From: Trichosphaerium sp. ATCC 40318
Taxonomy: Eukaryota; Protista; Tubulinea
Direction of reading: 5' to 3'
Length of the DNA: 64,000 bases
NCBI GenBank assembly: GCA_038496445.1
Contig: JALMLS010000502.1
Span: 62,001 to 126,000, forward strand
The notes beneath the pieces were generated by a model that searched no databases, was not told the DNA's origin, and saw only the letters and a program-made list of their open reading frames with translations. Shown here piece by piece: positions 24,738 through 39,620 of this stretch. A program made the translations under genes and the position numbers. The stretch's first letter is position 1. Each line of letters opens with the position of its first letter.

Positions 24738-25956
24738 TTTTATAAGTATAGATTTATTGTCAACGAGATGTTGCACTTTAACAAATAAACCAAAAAACGA
24801 GATAAAACGACTCAATCTTGAACGCATCATGTCATCAAACGTTTTTGCGAAAATTGCGAGTTTTCTACGATTTTTCAGGATACTAAAACGCCCCTTGTGA
24901 TTTTAAAAATGCAGATTGTTTTTACGCCATCACGGTTGCTTACAAGTCACTACGAGAGGGGTTTCTGAGTGAGATTTTTTGATTCAAAACAAGTCGTAAT
25001 GACGTGTGTGCCCGTTTGATCTGTTCCCCAATTTAAAACCAAAAAAGCCGTTAAATGATAGACGCATACCGTAGCATTATTAATGGCATAATTATTTCAG
25101 GAATGACGTGTTTTGTGAGTTCCACGGAACATTGTACAAATTCAGAAACTGGGAACCATCGCAAATGAGATATAAGGTTTCAAGCATACTTTAGGGCACT
25201 TCTAACGTAATCATACCAGCTCTTAATTTTAATTCCGAGTCTGCGTAATCTTTTTTACACTTAAAAAGCGCCGAAACGTATAAACGCGCATAGCAATTAT
25301 ACACTCTAAAAACGCTTTGTAGTTTTTTGGCAACTTTATCTCATAACGGTAGTTTTGAGTCACTGAATAGTTTTTAGAAAAAAAAAACACCTCTAAGCTT
25401 TGCCGCAAGCACGCAAAAATATTAATTAGTGATTAACTAGACGTTTCGTATTCTTTAAAGAGTTTGTAGGGATATACAAATTAATACTCCTTAGTCTTGT
25501 TTCATATCCTTGTACCGCCTATTAGGGCTGTTACGAGAACAAACGAAGGAAAACAATCAATTTCAATTCAAAATTTACAAAAAGTGCACGCGTTTAGCGT
25601 ATAAGTATCACACAAGCACGTACGTAGTTGAGAAAAAAATAATGCAAAGCTTTAAACAACTTTACACACAACGTCGCGGTAAACCTATCATTGAGTGAGC
25701 GAGGAATCACTTTATTAGGTCTACAGGAGAAATAACCTTTCCGGAGTACACCAAGCGTATTTCGCCTGCTACAAACCGTGACATTTATCACTACAACGCG
25801 ATAAATCAATTCTTACAACCTAGGATCTTATAACTTTCGTTTGACGTGTAAAAAAACTACTCTCCCAAAATCTCTATGTCATTTCAGTCGTGGTTTCTAA
25901 CTCGAAGATTTTGATGGGTTGATCTAGTTTTTAATACAACTTGTTATCATTTATTC

Positions 25957-27417
25957 TCAAGCCATGAATGGTATACATTCACCAATACGACGAGTACATG
26001 TTGGTTCTATAATAGGTGGACATGTTTCATCTTCACAATTGAATACTTCAAAATCAGAAGGATCTACACGAGAACAGCAACTAAAATTTGTAAGTCTAAA
26101 TCAGAAAAAACAAGTTGAAACAATTTTTGTATATAGACCTGTCATTATCGATGCCAACTCCACCAGTTATTCGTCCACTACTTACACTGTTTTGAGTCAG
26201 GCTTTCAACAAGAATTCTATCATCTCCAGAACCACCATTGACAGCATTCCGACGTCTAATAACTGCTAAAGTGAGTTGTCAGTTACACAAGTGTAAATCT
26301 TAAAATAATCTCAAATTTTGGGGATTTTTTTACGTATTGTGACTTCTGATACAATCATTACATCATCACCACCATCTCCTTCCATAGTGTCCATCAAAGA
26401 ACAACTGGCATATATATGATCGTTCCCATTACCCCCTTAGTATGATAAGATTACATGTCATGTACTGTTGAAGAAAATCAAAAAAAGCAAAACAAGTACC
26501 TGAAATAGCGAGTACGTCACTAGTTTGAACATCAACACAATCATCATCACCACCTCCATTAACATCTCCTGTAAATGGTTGAGCACCATTAAATGGAGAC
26601 AATCTAATACAATCATTCCCATCGTCTCCATTTATTGAAGTCCTTTAAAAAGAATGAACAAACACAAATCCAACTTTTATATATCTTTTCTTACCGCACT
26701 GTCATTCCTCGTTTGTTGCGAACAAACGAAACAGTGCTCCCTTCAACTAGTATATCATCATTTCCACTTCCTCCTTCAAGTAGAAAGGCATTCGATGTAG
26801 TTACTCTTACACAATCATTATTATCTCCTACACAAGGCAATGTTAGTAGTTTTACAGCACTAAGTTTTTATTTGCCTGCATCTATAGCTCCAGCCATTGC
26901 TCCATCTGTTGCAATAATACAATCATCTCCACCTCTACCATTTATTCCTAAATTTATACTGGAACCTCTTACAAGTATGCAATCATTGTTATCTGTTCCA
27001 CTAATCTCTCCAGGTACATCTGATTCTACAATCACGCAATTGCTACCAATATCATCAAGCTCCACTAGCAATTTTATAGTTAGCGAGCTCAGAAAAGAGC
27101 GTTTGGTAAGCTAGAGATACTTGCGTTACAATAAATTTTCAAGAGCACGTGATGAAAACGTTACGAATTGAACAATTTGACAAAGAACTTACCATCGCCG
27201 TTGCCATCTGCGGTTACAGTCACACAATTATCACTTTGAAAATCGCAAGCACTACAAGCCATACAATTGCAGTCGCATCTACGAACTCGAGGTAAAGGTG
27301 GTTGAGCGTGGTACATGCTTGGAACTAACAATTGAGGTTAGGTTATCATTATTTACTTTATAATCGGTTGATACATGTTGTAATCCATAGAATAAAAATC
27401 ACGTGTATTGCCTTCAT
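25957..27417 (-). CDS. Secreted Cys-rich RTX-like repeat protein, copy E
   Basis: 8 exons splice in frame: MKAIHVIFILWITT..SMYHA-QPPLPRVRRCDCNCMACSACDF...GTDNNDCILV..GRGGDDCIIA..GGSGNDDILV..GDDGNDCIRL..GGNGNDHIYA..GGSGDDRILV..CCSRVDPS...ECIPFMA*. Confidence 0.9.
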
Positions 27418-28803
27418 ATTTGCTTCAGCTGTTGTAATGTCTGTTGTGCGATTTTGTGGTTTTATCAACTCTGAAATTTAGTGATTGTGAATCCAAAACC
27501 GTGAGTGTTGTAGGCTTGTGTTCTTACCTTATATGTTACAAAATGGAGCGTTTACTTGTATAATTTACTATGAAGGTAGATTTCATAGTTTATCCGCTAA
27601 TAATTATTTCCCCGATAGATCTGGCGGGTTCATAAGAAAAAACTCCCGGTTCATAAGAATTTCAACTTTTTTCAACGCAACCATACACACAGCAGTCAAC
27701 TTTTAATTGTTTGTTTCTTTTTTACAGGTATGGGAATCATGCTCAATATTCTATACAAACAGCAAAATCTCATATTGAAGCATTTGATAGGCCAGGACAT
27801 GACGAAATTCACAGCGTCCACATTTTTCTGGTTTTTTTAGCAGTGTCCATGAATTGATCACGCACCACCTGAGATAATACAAAATAACGTGATATGGTTG
27901 GTGTATATGCAAGTGACGTAGAGTGTACAATACAAGACCCCATTGAGAATATCAATGTCATTAAAATGAGTGACATACATTTCCCAACGTACTGAAATTT
28001 GAGAGTTTGGTAGTAATGCACTTGTAGTCATTGTAAGACTCTAAAATGTCTACAAGATAAGTGCTAGGGCAATAAAATAGATGTGGCTTCAGTTATGGAT
28101 CTTTGGAGTTGTCACATACTACACATGCAGTGACACGCAAAATTCAAGCAACCGGGCAGACACTTAAATACGTACCCTTTGTGTTGAATCCAACGTTGCG
28201 CCATTAATTGGTCGTTTTGAAACTTTCGCTACTAAAATCGTTGGTACGATAAACGAAGTTGTAGAAGATCCTTTATGAATTGTAACGCGTGATTAAGTTG
28301 TGTACAAGCTTGTTAAACCAGAAAATGTTGTAATGTACACTAAATGACACGCCATGACAAACTACGTACTGTTTTTATGCCATGTGATTAAGTTGTATGA
28401 ATGGGGATATTAAGGCTAGGATCTCGGCAGTAGATGAGTACATTGATAAATTACTACACCAATTTTTCAAGCGCTACGGCGCTCACTTGTTACGATTTAA
28501 ATACGCTGGTACTTTAAAAAGTTCCAGGCCCAACCAAACGAGTACGAAGCTATATATTCGATTGGATTCGCCGCCCTGTTGTGAACAAGAAGCTGAATAC
28601 AAAGGTAGTGGTTGAATTGTCTTTTTTTTTTTTTTTGAAAAGTGTTGTTTGATGTTACCACTTGGCGTCACATGCCAACATGTTGTAAAGAGTTCCTCGA
28701 GTACTACAATCTAGACGTAGTAAAACAGTTTTTGTGACTAACTTTAAGTGTTTACCAAAGATACTCTACAGCCATCTGTAATAGAAGTTGGTTACATTTA
28801 TTC

Positions 28804-30284
28804 TCAAGGTCTGGTAGCCACGAATGGTATACATTCACCAATACGACGATGGCAAGTTGATACTCTAATAGGTGGACATGTCTCATCTTCACAATCGATT
28901 ACTTCAAAAACAGAAGGGTTTGCACGAGAACAGCAACTACATTTAAACAACAAAGATCAGAAAAGAATAAACTATTTTTTTGTATGTACCTGTCATTAGG
29001 ATCAGCTCCACCACCAGTTATTCGTCTATTAGTACTACCTGTTTGATCTAGGCTTTCAACAAGAATTCTATCACCTCCAGCACCACCATTGACAACATTC
29101 CGCTTAACAGGGAATGCAAATCCTAAGCGGAAATCTTAGCTACAATATCATCTCAAGTTATTTCGTACGTATTGTGACTTCTGATACAATCATTACATCA
29201 TCACCATCACCTCCATTCATGTTTGTCATTGAAGAACAACTGGCATACATATGATCGTTCCCATTGCCCCCTTAGATGATAAGATAAATGAAATGTCAAA
29301 GTTGATAGTATTGTAAAATACCTAAAATAGCAGATACGTCACTAGTTTGAACATCAACACAATCATCATCACCACCTCCATTAACATCTCCTGTAAATGG
29401 TTGAGCACCATTAAATGGAGTCAATTTAATACAATCATTCCCAGCTTCTCCATTTATTGAAGTCCTCATGAAAGTACTGTAAACTGAATTAAAACAGCTT
29501 CCAACATTAACGTATCTTACGGAGACGTCATTCCCGGGCTGGGACCCTCAATCTGTATAACGCTCCCTTCAACTATTATGTCATCATTTCCATTGCCTCC
29601 TTGAATATCTGAAGCTGTTGATGCAGTGACTCTTACACAATCATTATCATCTCCTGAACAACTGTCAAATTTAGAGATCCATGTCAACACTGTCTGTTTT
29701 ACCTGCGTTTGTTATTCCCAAAACTGTTGCTTTATCCTGTATAATAATGCAATCATCTCCATTTCTACCATTGATATCTCCTACCCTTACACCTACACCT
29801 CTTACAAGTATACAATCATTGTCATTTGTTCCAGTAATCTCATTAAGCACATTTGATTGTACAATCACGCAATTACTATCAATGTCATCCATTGACACTA
29901 CAAAACTGATGATAAGCTCCAAAATGAACCGACGGAAAAAAATAACACTTAATGGATGCTGACAATAATAGCACATGGCATTTCAAAATTCTTTGAGAAG
30001 CTCTCACGTGGTAACAGATTAGTACAATGACTACAAAACAGCAAATAAAGAACGCACCAATTCCATCACCGTTTGCAGTTACAGTCACACAACTATTTAG
30101 AAAATTGCAAGCACTACAAGCCATACACCCACAATCGCATCCACGTACTTGCGGTAAAGGTGGTTGAGCGTGGTACATGCTCAGAACTAACAAATTGTTG
30201 TCAGGTTATCATTATTTACTTTAAAATTAGTCTCTGGATACAGATTGTAATCCATAGAATATAAATCACGTTTATTGTATTCAT
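28804..30284 (-). CDS. Secreted Cys-rich RTX-like repeat protein, copy F
   Basis: Same exon set. ATG at 30284, stop at 28804 (...ECIPFVATRP*). Confidence 0.88.
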
Positions 30285-30934
30285 CTTTGCTTTTGCTGCT
30301 GTGTTGTACGTTGGGTTCCTTTTTTGTGGTTTAAAACCTTGCCTTAACAAAACCGGTGAAATTAGTGTTCTTCCGTTGTGAACGAATTGTTTAAGTAGCG
30401 AAGAGTGAATTAGAGTTACTACAGTTCACTATCTTCCACCTAAGACCAAGGAAACTCAATAGAGAACGTTGGGGGAATACGGAATGTACCCATGGCTCTA
30501 GCGAGGGCCAAGCATTTATTGACTATTCAAGAACATAAAAGGGTTATACAAATGTTTAGATGCCATTCTTAAGCGGGAAGTGGGTTAATGCTGATCCATG
30601 TTCTTTGATAAGCTTTGTAGGATGTCTTACTTGATTTACACAAAGTAAGCTAGCGTTGGCCCTAGGACGTGTACAGCCTTACGACTAATACTCGAATTCG
30701 TATTCAATCTTTGGGAAGAACATTATTGTAATTTCACACTGTAAAAGATGTTTTGTACACAATCCGAAATAACGTAATTTCGAGTCATTATACTGGTAAA
30801 AGATTTTAATATTCGATCTCATAAGGTACAGTTACAAAAAATTTATCATGGTTTGGTGTCTGGCTTAACGCATGTACTTTTTTGTATCAACATGAAGATT
30901 TGGTGGAATTAAAATAAAAGGTATAATGTTTACT

Positions 30935-32474
30935 TTAAGGTACATCGACCATGAATGGTATGCATTCACCAAGTCGACGAATACATGATAATATAGGGCA
31001 TGTGTCATCTTCACAATCTATTACTTCAAAAACAGAAGGATCTGCACGAGAACAGCAACTAAAAAGTAAATCTAAATCCGAAAATAGACTTGAATAATAA
31101 TTGTTTGTACGTGTCATTGGGATCGTCTCCACCAGTTATTCGTCCATTAGTTATACCCATGTTTTGAGTGAGGCTTTCAACAAGAATTCTATCATCTCCA
31201 GCTCCACCATCAACAGCATTTTGCTTTGTTGAGAATGATTCTAAATTGAATGTAAGTGAAAAGTAAATGTTAACATATTATGGTGTACGTATTGTGACTT
31301 TTGATACAATCATTACATCATCACCATCATCTCCGTTCATGTTTTCCATCAAAGAACAACTGGCGTATATATGATCGTTCCCATCACCCCCTTAGTATGA
31401 TAAGATTACATGTCATGTACTGTTGAAGAAAATCAAAAAAACCAAAACAAGTACCTGAAATAGCGAGTACGTCACTACTTTGAACATCTATACAATCATT
31501 ATCATTGCCTCCAATAACGTCTCCTGTCATTGTTTGATCACCATTAAATGGAGTCAATTTAATACAATCATTCCCAGCTTCTCCATTCAAGAAAGTCCTG
31601 TAAACTGAATGAAAAAAAAAACAAAACCATCTTTAGTCTTACGGAAAAATTGCTCCTCGTTTGTCACCCTGAATCTCAACAACACTTCCTTCCACTATTA
31701 TGTCATCATCGCCATTACCTCCTTCAAGTGTAGCAGCTTTCGATTCAGTCACTCTTATACAATCATTGTCATCTCCTACACAAGCATATAAATAATGTTA
31801 CACTTTGTTTGCTTTTGTACCTAGATTTGTAATTCCGTCGATGACAGCTCCGTCATTGATAAGAATACAATCATCTCCACTTCTACTATTGATTTCGTTT
31901 ATGAACGTCAAAGGTCCTCTTATTAAGATGCAATCATTGCCAGTTGTTCCTTGTACCTCACCACGTACTGAAGACGAGGCAATAATCACACAATTAGTAC
32001 CGATGTCGTCCATTATCACTAGTAACATGTTGGTTTGTAAGCTTGCAAATGAGAGATTCGTAAATTGAAAATACACTTGTGTTCTACGTACACCACGTGA
32101 TAAAAAAAGAGAAAAACAAAAAGACGAAATTGCGCTAACAAAACAAAACCCAACACTTGGTTGGCTATTGTAGTTGTAATCATATTTCCGCATTAAATTA
32201 AAAGGAAAGAAACAAGTTCCAAAAAAATATTTGATAAAGAACTTACCATCGCCGTTGCCATCTATGATTGCTGTCACACAATTATCGCTTTCAAAATCGC
32301 AAGCACTACAAGCCATACATTCACAATCGCATCCACGAACTCGAGGTAAAGGTGGTTGAGCGTGGTACATGCTTAGCACTAACAATTGAGGTTAGGTTAT
32401 CATTATTTACTTTATAATCGGTCGATAGTACAGATTGTAATCCACAGAATACAAATCACGTGTATTGGCTTCAT
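30935..32474 (-). CDS. Secreted Cys-rich RTX-like repeat protein, copy G
   Basis: Same exon set. ORFs 31798-32385, 31384-31590 and 30935-31132 cover exons. Confidence 0.88.
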
Positions 32475-33012
32475 CTTTTGCTTCAGCTGTTGTTTTAAGG
32501 TTTAACAATATCAAAGAGTTAAGGATTTTGACTCTGAAGTTGTATACGTGTGACTAAACACTGTAGTGCTTTTTCGCTTGTAATACAGAATAGTTGTGAC
32601 TTGTGCATTTCTGGAGTTTATTTCGAAGACTTAAACACTTTACAAGAGATATCCACAGAGCTATGTAAGCATATGAATACTCTCTGGGCAATTTCAGAGA
32701 ACTCGGATAATCATCGGACAAACTTTAAGCTTAAGCATATGTGAGCTTAAACACCAACCGCTGTCCGAAAAAAGATATATAGGCTCTTGAGACGACGAAG
32801 TGGCACGTTTTAGTCCTTCGAACCGTTCTTTTGGAGCCTTACTGCAGAAAACAGCGCGTTTTTAAGTCAATCGTGGCTCTAATCAATTTCGCGAAAAGTA
32901 GTGCAAACCCTTAAGTATACTCGATGAATAAACTCCTCTATTCTTCTCGCTAACTTATAGGTACAACTGTGAAGATTGGCTTCAAACATGTAAGCTTGCT
33001 GTAGATTCTGGT
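32475..33012. repeat. ~550-bp upstream segment triplicated ahead of copies G, J and K
   Basis: Near-identical to 37985-38547 and 41076-41628 (e.g. GGGCAATTTCAGAGAACTCGGATAATCATCGGACAAACTTTA, AATCAATTTCGCGAAAAGTAGTGCAAACCCTTAAGTATACTC). Confidence 0.9.
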
Positions 33013-33480
33013 ATTGTCCGTATCATAAGTTTGCTAATCTTTGAGGTTTTTCCATTTTCTCGCGAGGTTAATACTCCTCTTTACGCCTGAATATGTGCCA
33101 GTATTCGCGCTTGGTGCTGGTAAGTTAACAGTAAATCATTATTAATTTGTACCCGTTTATGGCTCCTTGGGGTGAGTAGTAATGCGAGCGCACCTAAGAA
33201 AAATACTGCGATCGTCTTGTTGGATGATATGACTTTGGCACAATGCTTTTTTGCCTTGCCTTTATGTACGTTGTCATGAGTGAAAGAATGTGATGCATTC
33301 ACATTGCACTGGTTCCGTCAAGTTGTTATCAAAGCTGTCAGTTCTTGCAAGAACTATCAAAACTGACAAGCCATTTACAGAAAACTATAGCTCTGTTTAA
33401 CCTCAGCCTTTCGGTTTATATACTTTTTTGTATCAAAGTGAAGATTTGGTGGAATTGAAATAAAAGGTACAATGTTTACT

Positions 33481-35049
33481 TTAAGGTACATCGACCATGA
33501 ATGGTATGCATTCACCAAGTCGACGAATACATGATAATATAGGGCATGTGTCATCTTCACAATCTATTACTTCAAAAACAGAAGGATCTGCACGAGAACA
33601 GCAACTACAAAGTAAATCTAAATCAGAAAATATGCTTGAATAATAATTGTTTGTACCTGTCATTGGGATCGTCTCCACCAGTTATTCGTCCATTAGTTAT
33701 ACCCATGTTTTGAGTGAGGCTTTCAACAAGAATTCTATCATCTCCAGCTCCACCATCAACAGCATTCTGCTCTGTTGAGAATGATTCTAAGTGAATGTAA
33801 GTGAAAAGTAAGTGTTAACATATTATGTTGTACGTATTGTGACTTCTGATACAATCATTACATCATCACCATCATCTCCGTTCATGTTTTCAATCAAAGA
33901 ACAACTGGCATATATATGATCGTTCCCATCACCCCCTTAGTATGATAAGTGATGTTAATGTGACAGTTGATAGTATCGTTGAAGAACCTAAAAAAAAACC
34001 AATACAAGTACCTGAAATAGTGAATACGTCACTACTTTGAACATCTATACAATCATTATCATCGCCTCCAATAACGTCTCCTGACATTGTTTGAACACCA
34101 TTAAATGGAGTCAATTTAATACAATCATTCCCAGCTTCTCCATTCAAGAAAGTCCTGTAAACTGAATGAAAAAAAAAACAAAACCATCTTTTGTCGTACG
34201 GAAAAAGTGCTCCTCGTTTGCCACCCTCAATCTCAACAACACTTCCTTCCACTATTATGTCATCATCGCCATTACCTCCTAGAAGTATACCAACATCCAC
34301 TTCAGTCACTCTTATACAATCATTATCATCTCCTAGACAACAAGGTAAATAGCTGTCGCGACATGTAGTGTCGTATTTTTTACCAGCGTTTATCATTCCC
34401 TGAGCGGCAGCTGCATCCTCGATAATAATACAATCATCTCCACTTCTGCCATTGATTTGGCTTACGAACGTCGATGTCCCTCTTATACGGATGCAATCAT
34501 TGCCAGTTGTTCCTTGTAACGCAACAACAAGTGAAGGTGCTTCAATAGTCACACAATTAGTACCAAGGTCGTCCATTATTACTAGCAACATGTTTGTTAG
34601 TAAGCTTGCGAATGAAAGATTCGCCAATTAAGGATAGGCTCTGGTATATTTCGATCTATTTTTTAAATAGCACGTGACAAAAGCAGAAAACAAAAAAAGA
34701 ACCAAAAAAAGGTTCTTGACACTTGTGTAGCTTTGCTTATGCTGCTGTAGGTATCATCGCATATTTTTGCATAAATTAAACGGGAAGTGATAAAATGTAC
34801 GGCATAAAAAGAACTTACCATCCCTACGACCCCTTACGACTAAATTCATACAAGTATTGCTTTCAAAATCGCAAGCACTACAAGCCGCACAACCACAATC
34901 GCATCCACGAACTCGAGGTAAAGGTGGTTGAGCGTGGTACATGCTTAGCACTAACAATTGAGGTTAGGTTATCATTATTTACTTTATAATCGGTCGATAG
35001 TACAGATTGTAACCCACAGAATACAAATCACGTTTGTTTTCTTCATCAT
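33481..35049 (-). CDS. Secreted Cys-rich RTX-like repeat protein, copy H
   Basis: Same exon set. ORFs 34754-34957, 33929-34627 and 33481-33678. 3' part nearly identical to copy G. Confidence 0.88.
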
Positions 35050-35109
35050 TTGTAGTTGTATTATCGGTTTTGGCAATCTAAGGAGTTACTGATTCACTTC
35101 TTGGTCTTG

Positions 35110-36035
35110 TTTGGGTAAAAAAAAAGTCCAAATCTGAAACAATAATTACATCATCACCATCATTTCCATTCATAGTGTCCATCAAAGAACCGCTTGCGTA
35201 TATATGATCATCCCATCGCCCCTTATCATTGGTACATAAGATTCAATCTGATGGTTGATTGTACGCATACTCAAATAACATATGAACAAATACCTGAAAC
35301 GTCGCTAGTTTATCTGCATCAACAATCATCATCACCTCCATTAACATCTCTTGTAATGGTTGAATGCCATTAAACAATCATCACCAGCTTCTCCATTTAT
35401 GAAAAGCTTGAAAATAGAATGTCCTTTAGCTTGAATAAAAAAACAACCAACTTTATTCTTATGGTAGTGCAATTCATCGTTTGACACCAGACCCTTACTT
35501 CCCTCCACTAGTATGTGATCAGTTCCACCACATCCTTGAAGTGTCCCAGATGTTGATGCAGTAACTGTAGTCATTTTCATCTCCTAAACAAACCAGTAGT
35601 TTTACTTGTTGGTTTGTTTTACCTGTTGGTCATATCACCACTTATCCTCTTCTAAGGATACAATCATTGCCTGTTGTTCCTTCTCGCCCAATAGTTGATT
35701 CAACAATCACATAATTAGTCCCAAGGTCGTCCAGTATCACTAGTAACAATTTTTTGCAGCATAGAATGAAGGATTGGTAAATTACAGACACAAAGTTTAC
35801 AATAATAAAAAAGAAATTGGTACCATAATTCCACTTAATAGGTACTATTTAAAAATACTGCATAAAAAGCACCAGACATTTGAGATTTCTGTTCAAAATC
35901 GCAAGCAGTACAAGCCACATTCGCAACCGCATACACGAGCTCGAGGTACAGGTGAGCGTGGTCCATGCCTAACACTAACAATTGCGCTTAGGATATCATC
36001 ATTTATTTTAATAAATCGGTAGATACATATTCACG
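35110..36035 (-). pseudogene. RTX-like family copy I, degraded
   Basis: Remnants of exons 2-6 with deletions and frameshifts (e.g. INGEAGDDC, GCGGTDHILVEG). Final exons absent. Confidence 0.8.
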
Positions 36036-36444
36036 TGGTTCTAACTAAGAATAGAATTTCGCATTAACAATCTTTCTATCATTGAATCCAATCCTCGATT
36101 CTTCTCAATTGAAGCCGAGATAAGCTTCTTTAAGCTAATTCATAATTTCCGCCATGAAACCTCCAACGTGGTTCGCATTTCAAACGTTGGTTCTGCTAGC
36201 AAAACTGCCAGTTCTTTCCGAACTAACAAAACTTGCAAGATGTGTCAGATATCATACGATAGCCACAATACTTTACTGATAACCCCAACCTGTTACGGTA
36301 ACAATTGGGTAATGAACTTATAACACTAATTAACAGCATTGACAGTATTGGCATTAAGGTGCCTTACAAGGTTTATATGTATACTAATTGTGGCATATGA
36401 TAATTATGGCTATCAACTTGAAGGTTCGATGATTGAAACATGTG

Positions 36445-37984
36445 CTAGCCTAGCATTATGGTACAGAGACTAGTAACGCCACTAAGTCGACGAGTACACA
36501 TTGATACAGGACATGTTTCATCTTCACAATCTATTACTTCAAAAACAGAAGGATCTGCACGAGAACAGCAACTACAAAGTAAATCTAAATCAAGAAAATA
36601 TGCTTGAATAATAATTGTTTGTACCTGTCATTGGGATCGTCTCCACCAGTTATTCGTCCATTAGTTATACCCATGTTTTGAGTGAGGCCTTCAACAAGAA
36701 TTCTATCATCTCCAGCTCCACCATCAACAGCATTTTGTTCTGTTGAGGTTGATTCTAAGTGAATGTATGTGAGTATACATTACATACAATCTAATGTTAT
36801 TTCGTACGTATTGTGACTTCTGATACAATCATTACATCATCACCATCATTTCCATTCATAGTGTCCATCAAAGAACAACTGGCATATATATGATCGTTCC
36901 CATCACCCCCTTAGTATGATAAGATTCTTGTTATAACTACCTGAAAAAAAATACCTGAAATAGTAAATGAAAAGCTAGTTTGAACATCAATACAATCATT
37001 GTCATCACCTCCATTAATAGCTCCTGCTAAACTCGGACCAGTAAATGGAGTCAATTTAATACAATCATTCCCAGCTTCTCCATTTATGAAAGCCCTGAAA
37101 TAGAATGAAAAAAACAAATCCATCTCTAATATCTTCTTACGGCATTCCTATCCCTCGTTTTTGATTATCCCCAATTGCCCCTCCTTCCACTATTATGTTA
37201 TCATCGCCATTACCTCCTTGAATTCCGTTAGCTGTCGCTTGAGTGACTCTTATACAATCATTGTCATCTCCTACACAAGCATATAAATAATGTTACACTT
37301 TGTTTGCTTTTGTACCTAGATTTGTAATTCCCTCGATGAAAGCTCCGTCATTGATAAGAATACAATCATCTCCACTTCTACTATTGATTTCGTTTACTAA
37401 CGTCGAAGGTCCTCTTATTAAAAAACAATCATTGCCAGTTGTTCCTTGTAGCTCACCACTTACAAGTGAAGATGAATCAACAATCACACAATTAGTACCA
37501 AGGTCGTCCATTATCACTAGTAACATGTTGGTTTGTAAGCTTGCAAATGAGAGATTCGTAAATTGAAAATACACTTGTGTTCTACGTACACCACGTGATA
37601 AAAAAAGAGAAAAACAAAAAGATGAAATTGCGCTAACAAAACAACCCAACACTTGGTTGACGGCTTTATTTATGCTATTGTAGTTGTAATCATATTTCCG
37701 CGTTAAATTAAAAGGAGAGAAACAAGTTCCAAAAAAATATTTGATAAAGAACTTACCATTGCCGTTGCCATCTGCGGTTACAGTCACACAATTATCACTT
37801 TGAAAATCGCACGCACTACAAGCCATACATTCACAATCGCATTCACGAACTCGAGGTAAAGGTGGTTGAGCGTGGTACATGCTTAGAACTAACCTCAATT
37901 GTTAGGTTATCATTATTTACTTTAAAATCGGTCGATAGTACAGATTGTAATCCACAGAATACAAATCACGTGTATTGCCTTCAT
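36445..37984 (-). CDS. Secreted Cys-rich RTX-like repeat protein, copy J
   Basis: Same exon set. Ends TCPVSMCTRRLSGVTSLCTIMLG*. Confidence 0.88.
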
Positions 37985-38547
37985 CTTTTGCTTCAGCTGT
38001 TGTTTTAAGGTTTAACAATATCAAAGAGTTGAGGATTTTGACTCTGAATCAATATCTCAGTTGTATACGTGTTACTAAACACTGTATTGCTTTTTCACTT
38101 GTAATACAGAATAGTTGTGACTTGTGCGTTTCTAGAGTAGTTATTCCAAAGACTTAAACACTTTACAAGAGATATCCACAGAGCTATGTAAGCATGTGAA
38201 TACTCTCTGGGCAATTTCAGAGAACTCGGATAATCATCGGACAAACTTTAAGCTTAAGCATATGTGGCCTTAAACACCAACGGATGTCTGAAAAAAGATA
38301 TATAGGCTCTTGAGGCAATGAAGTGGCATGTTTTATTCCTTCGAACCGTTCTTTGGAGCGTTACTGCAGAAAACAGCACGTTTTTAAGTCAATCGTGGCT
38401 CTAATCAATTTCGCGAAAAGTAGTGCAAACCCTTAAGTATACTCAAACACCTCTATTCTTCTCACTAACTTATAGGTACAACTGTGAAGATTGTCTTAAA
38501 ACATGTAAGCTTGCTGTAGATTCTGGTATACTATAGTACTTAACATA
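37985..38547. repeat. Upstream segment duplicate (copy J)
   Basis: Near-identical to 32475-33012 and 41076-41628. Confidence 0.9.
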
Positions 38548-39620
38548 GGCATTGCAAGTCTACGAACAGCGTTTTAACAATAGTGGATGTATCACAATGG
38601 GTAAAATGTCAAAAAATGTCAAATGTCAAAGCTTGGCTCATTCTTTCGCTCTGTGGTTGCATACTTACAAGCCCATTTTTTTTCTTTTACAACAGAAAAT
38701 TGGATTTTGTCCACTACCCATGAAAGAAGCGTGTAACTTTGTCAAATTTTGTTGTCAATTTTCCCAACAACAAAACTTCATGGAACAGTGACCAAGTGGT
38801 TTCCCAGTGTTCCTCAGAGTTGGTTTTCGTATGCGCCGCGTTAAGAACTAGTCATCAGTAACAGTAATACGCCGAAAGTTAACTAACACAACTCTTTTAT
38901 TTGATAGGAAAGTGAATTAAAAAGCTCCAATACCTCGCAAATAACCATAAGCACCACATACCTTTCCAGTAAAGTTCTCTGGGGTAATTTGCTTTTTACG
39001 CCCAAGGGTCATTAGAATGTAAAATGGACATGTACACTCTAATGTAAATGAAAAAGTTAACATAGAAGTCAAAGCTATGAAGTACAGGCTAACACTAGCA
39101 TGAGCATACCTTGTAGAGTTAATCCCAAATCACTAGCGAACCACAGAAAGAAACTTGACAACAAGTGTTTTGTCCAATTTAGATACAACGCTAATGGTAC
39201 CTAGCCATACCAGCAATCAAATATAGTGTACCTGTGCCATCTGCTGGAGCCACCTTACATTTTAGTACAATGACATTCTGTTGATGCTTTCTATTGTCAG
39301 TGCCACATATTCATGTAGTGGTACATTGCTAACACTTTTCTTGGCTTCAAAAAAAGTTGGTGGTCTTACGAAATATCTCTGTGTGCGCTGAATAGATTTT
39401 TTCGTACAATCTTAAATAGATTTGAGCATCTGCAAGCCTTTTACAGAAAACTATAGCATCAACCTGTTATGGTAACAATAGTAGAACTTAGGTAATGAAC
39501 TTATAACACTAATTAACAGCATTGACTGTATTGGCATTAAGGTGCCTTACAAGGTTTATATGTATACTAATTGTGGATATACTGAAGGTCAAATGATCGA
39601 AAATTGTGCTAGATCGTTCT

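Noticed and set aside
23730-25950. Possible second mobile element around the intronless ORF
   Set aside because: No TIRs, LTRs, TSD or transposase motif found by eye.
27500-28700. Short ORFs in the E-F spacer (27809-28021, 28397-28615)
   Set aside because: No motifs or consistent exon chain.
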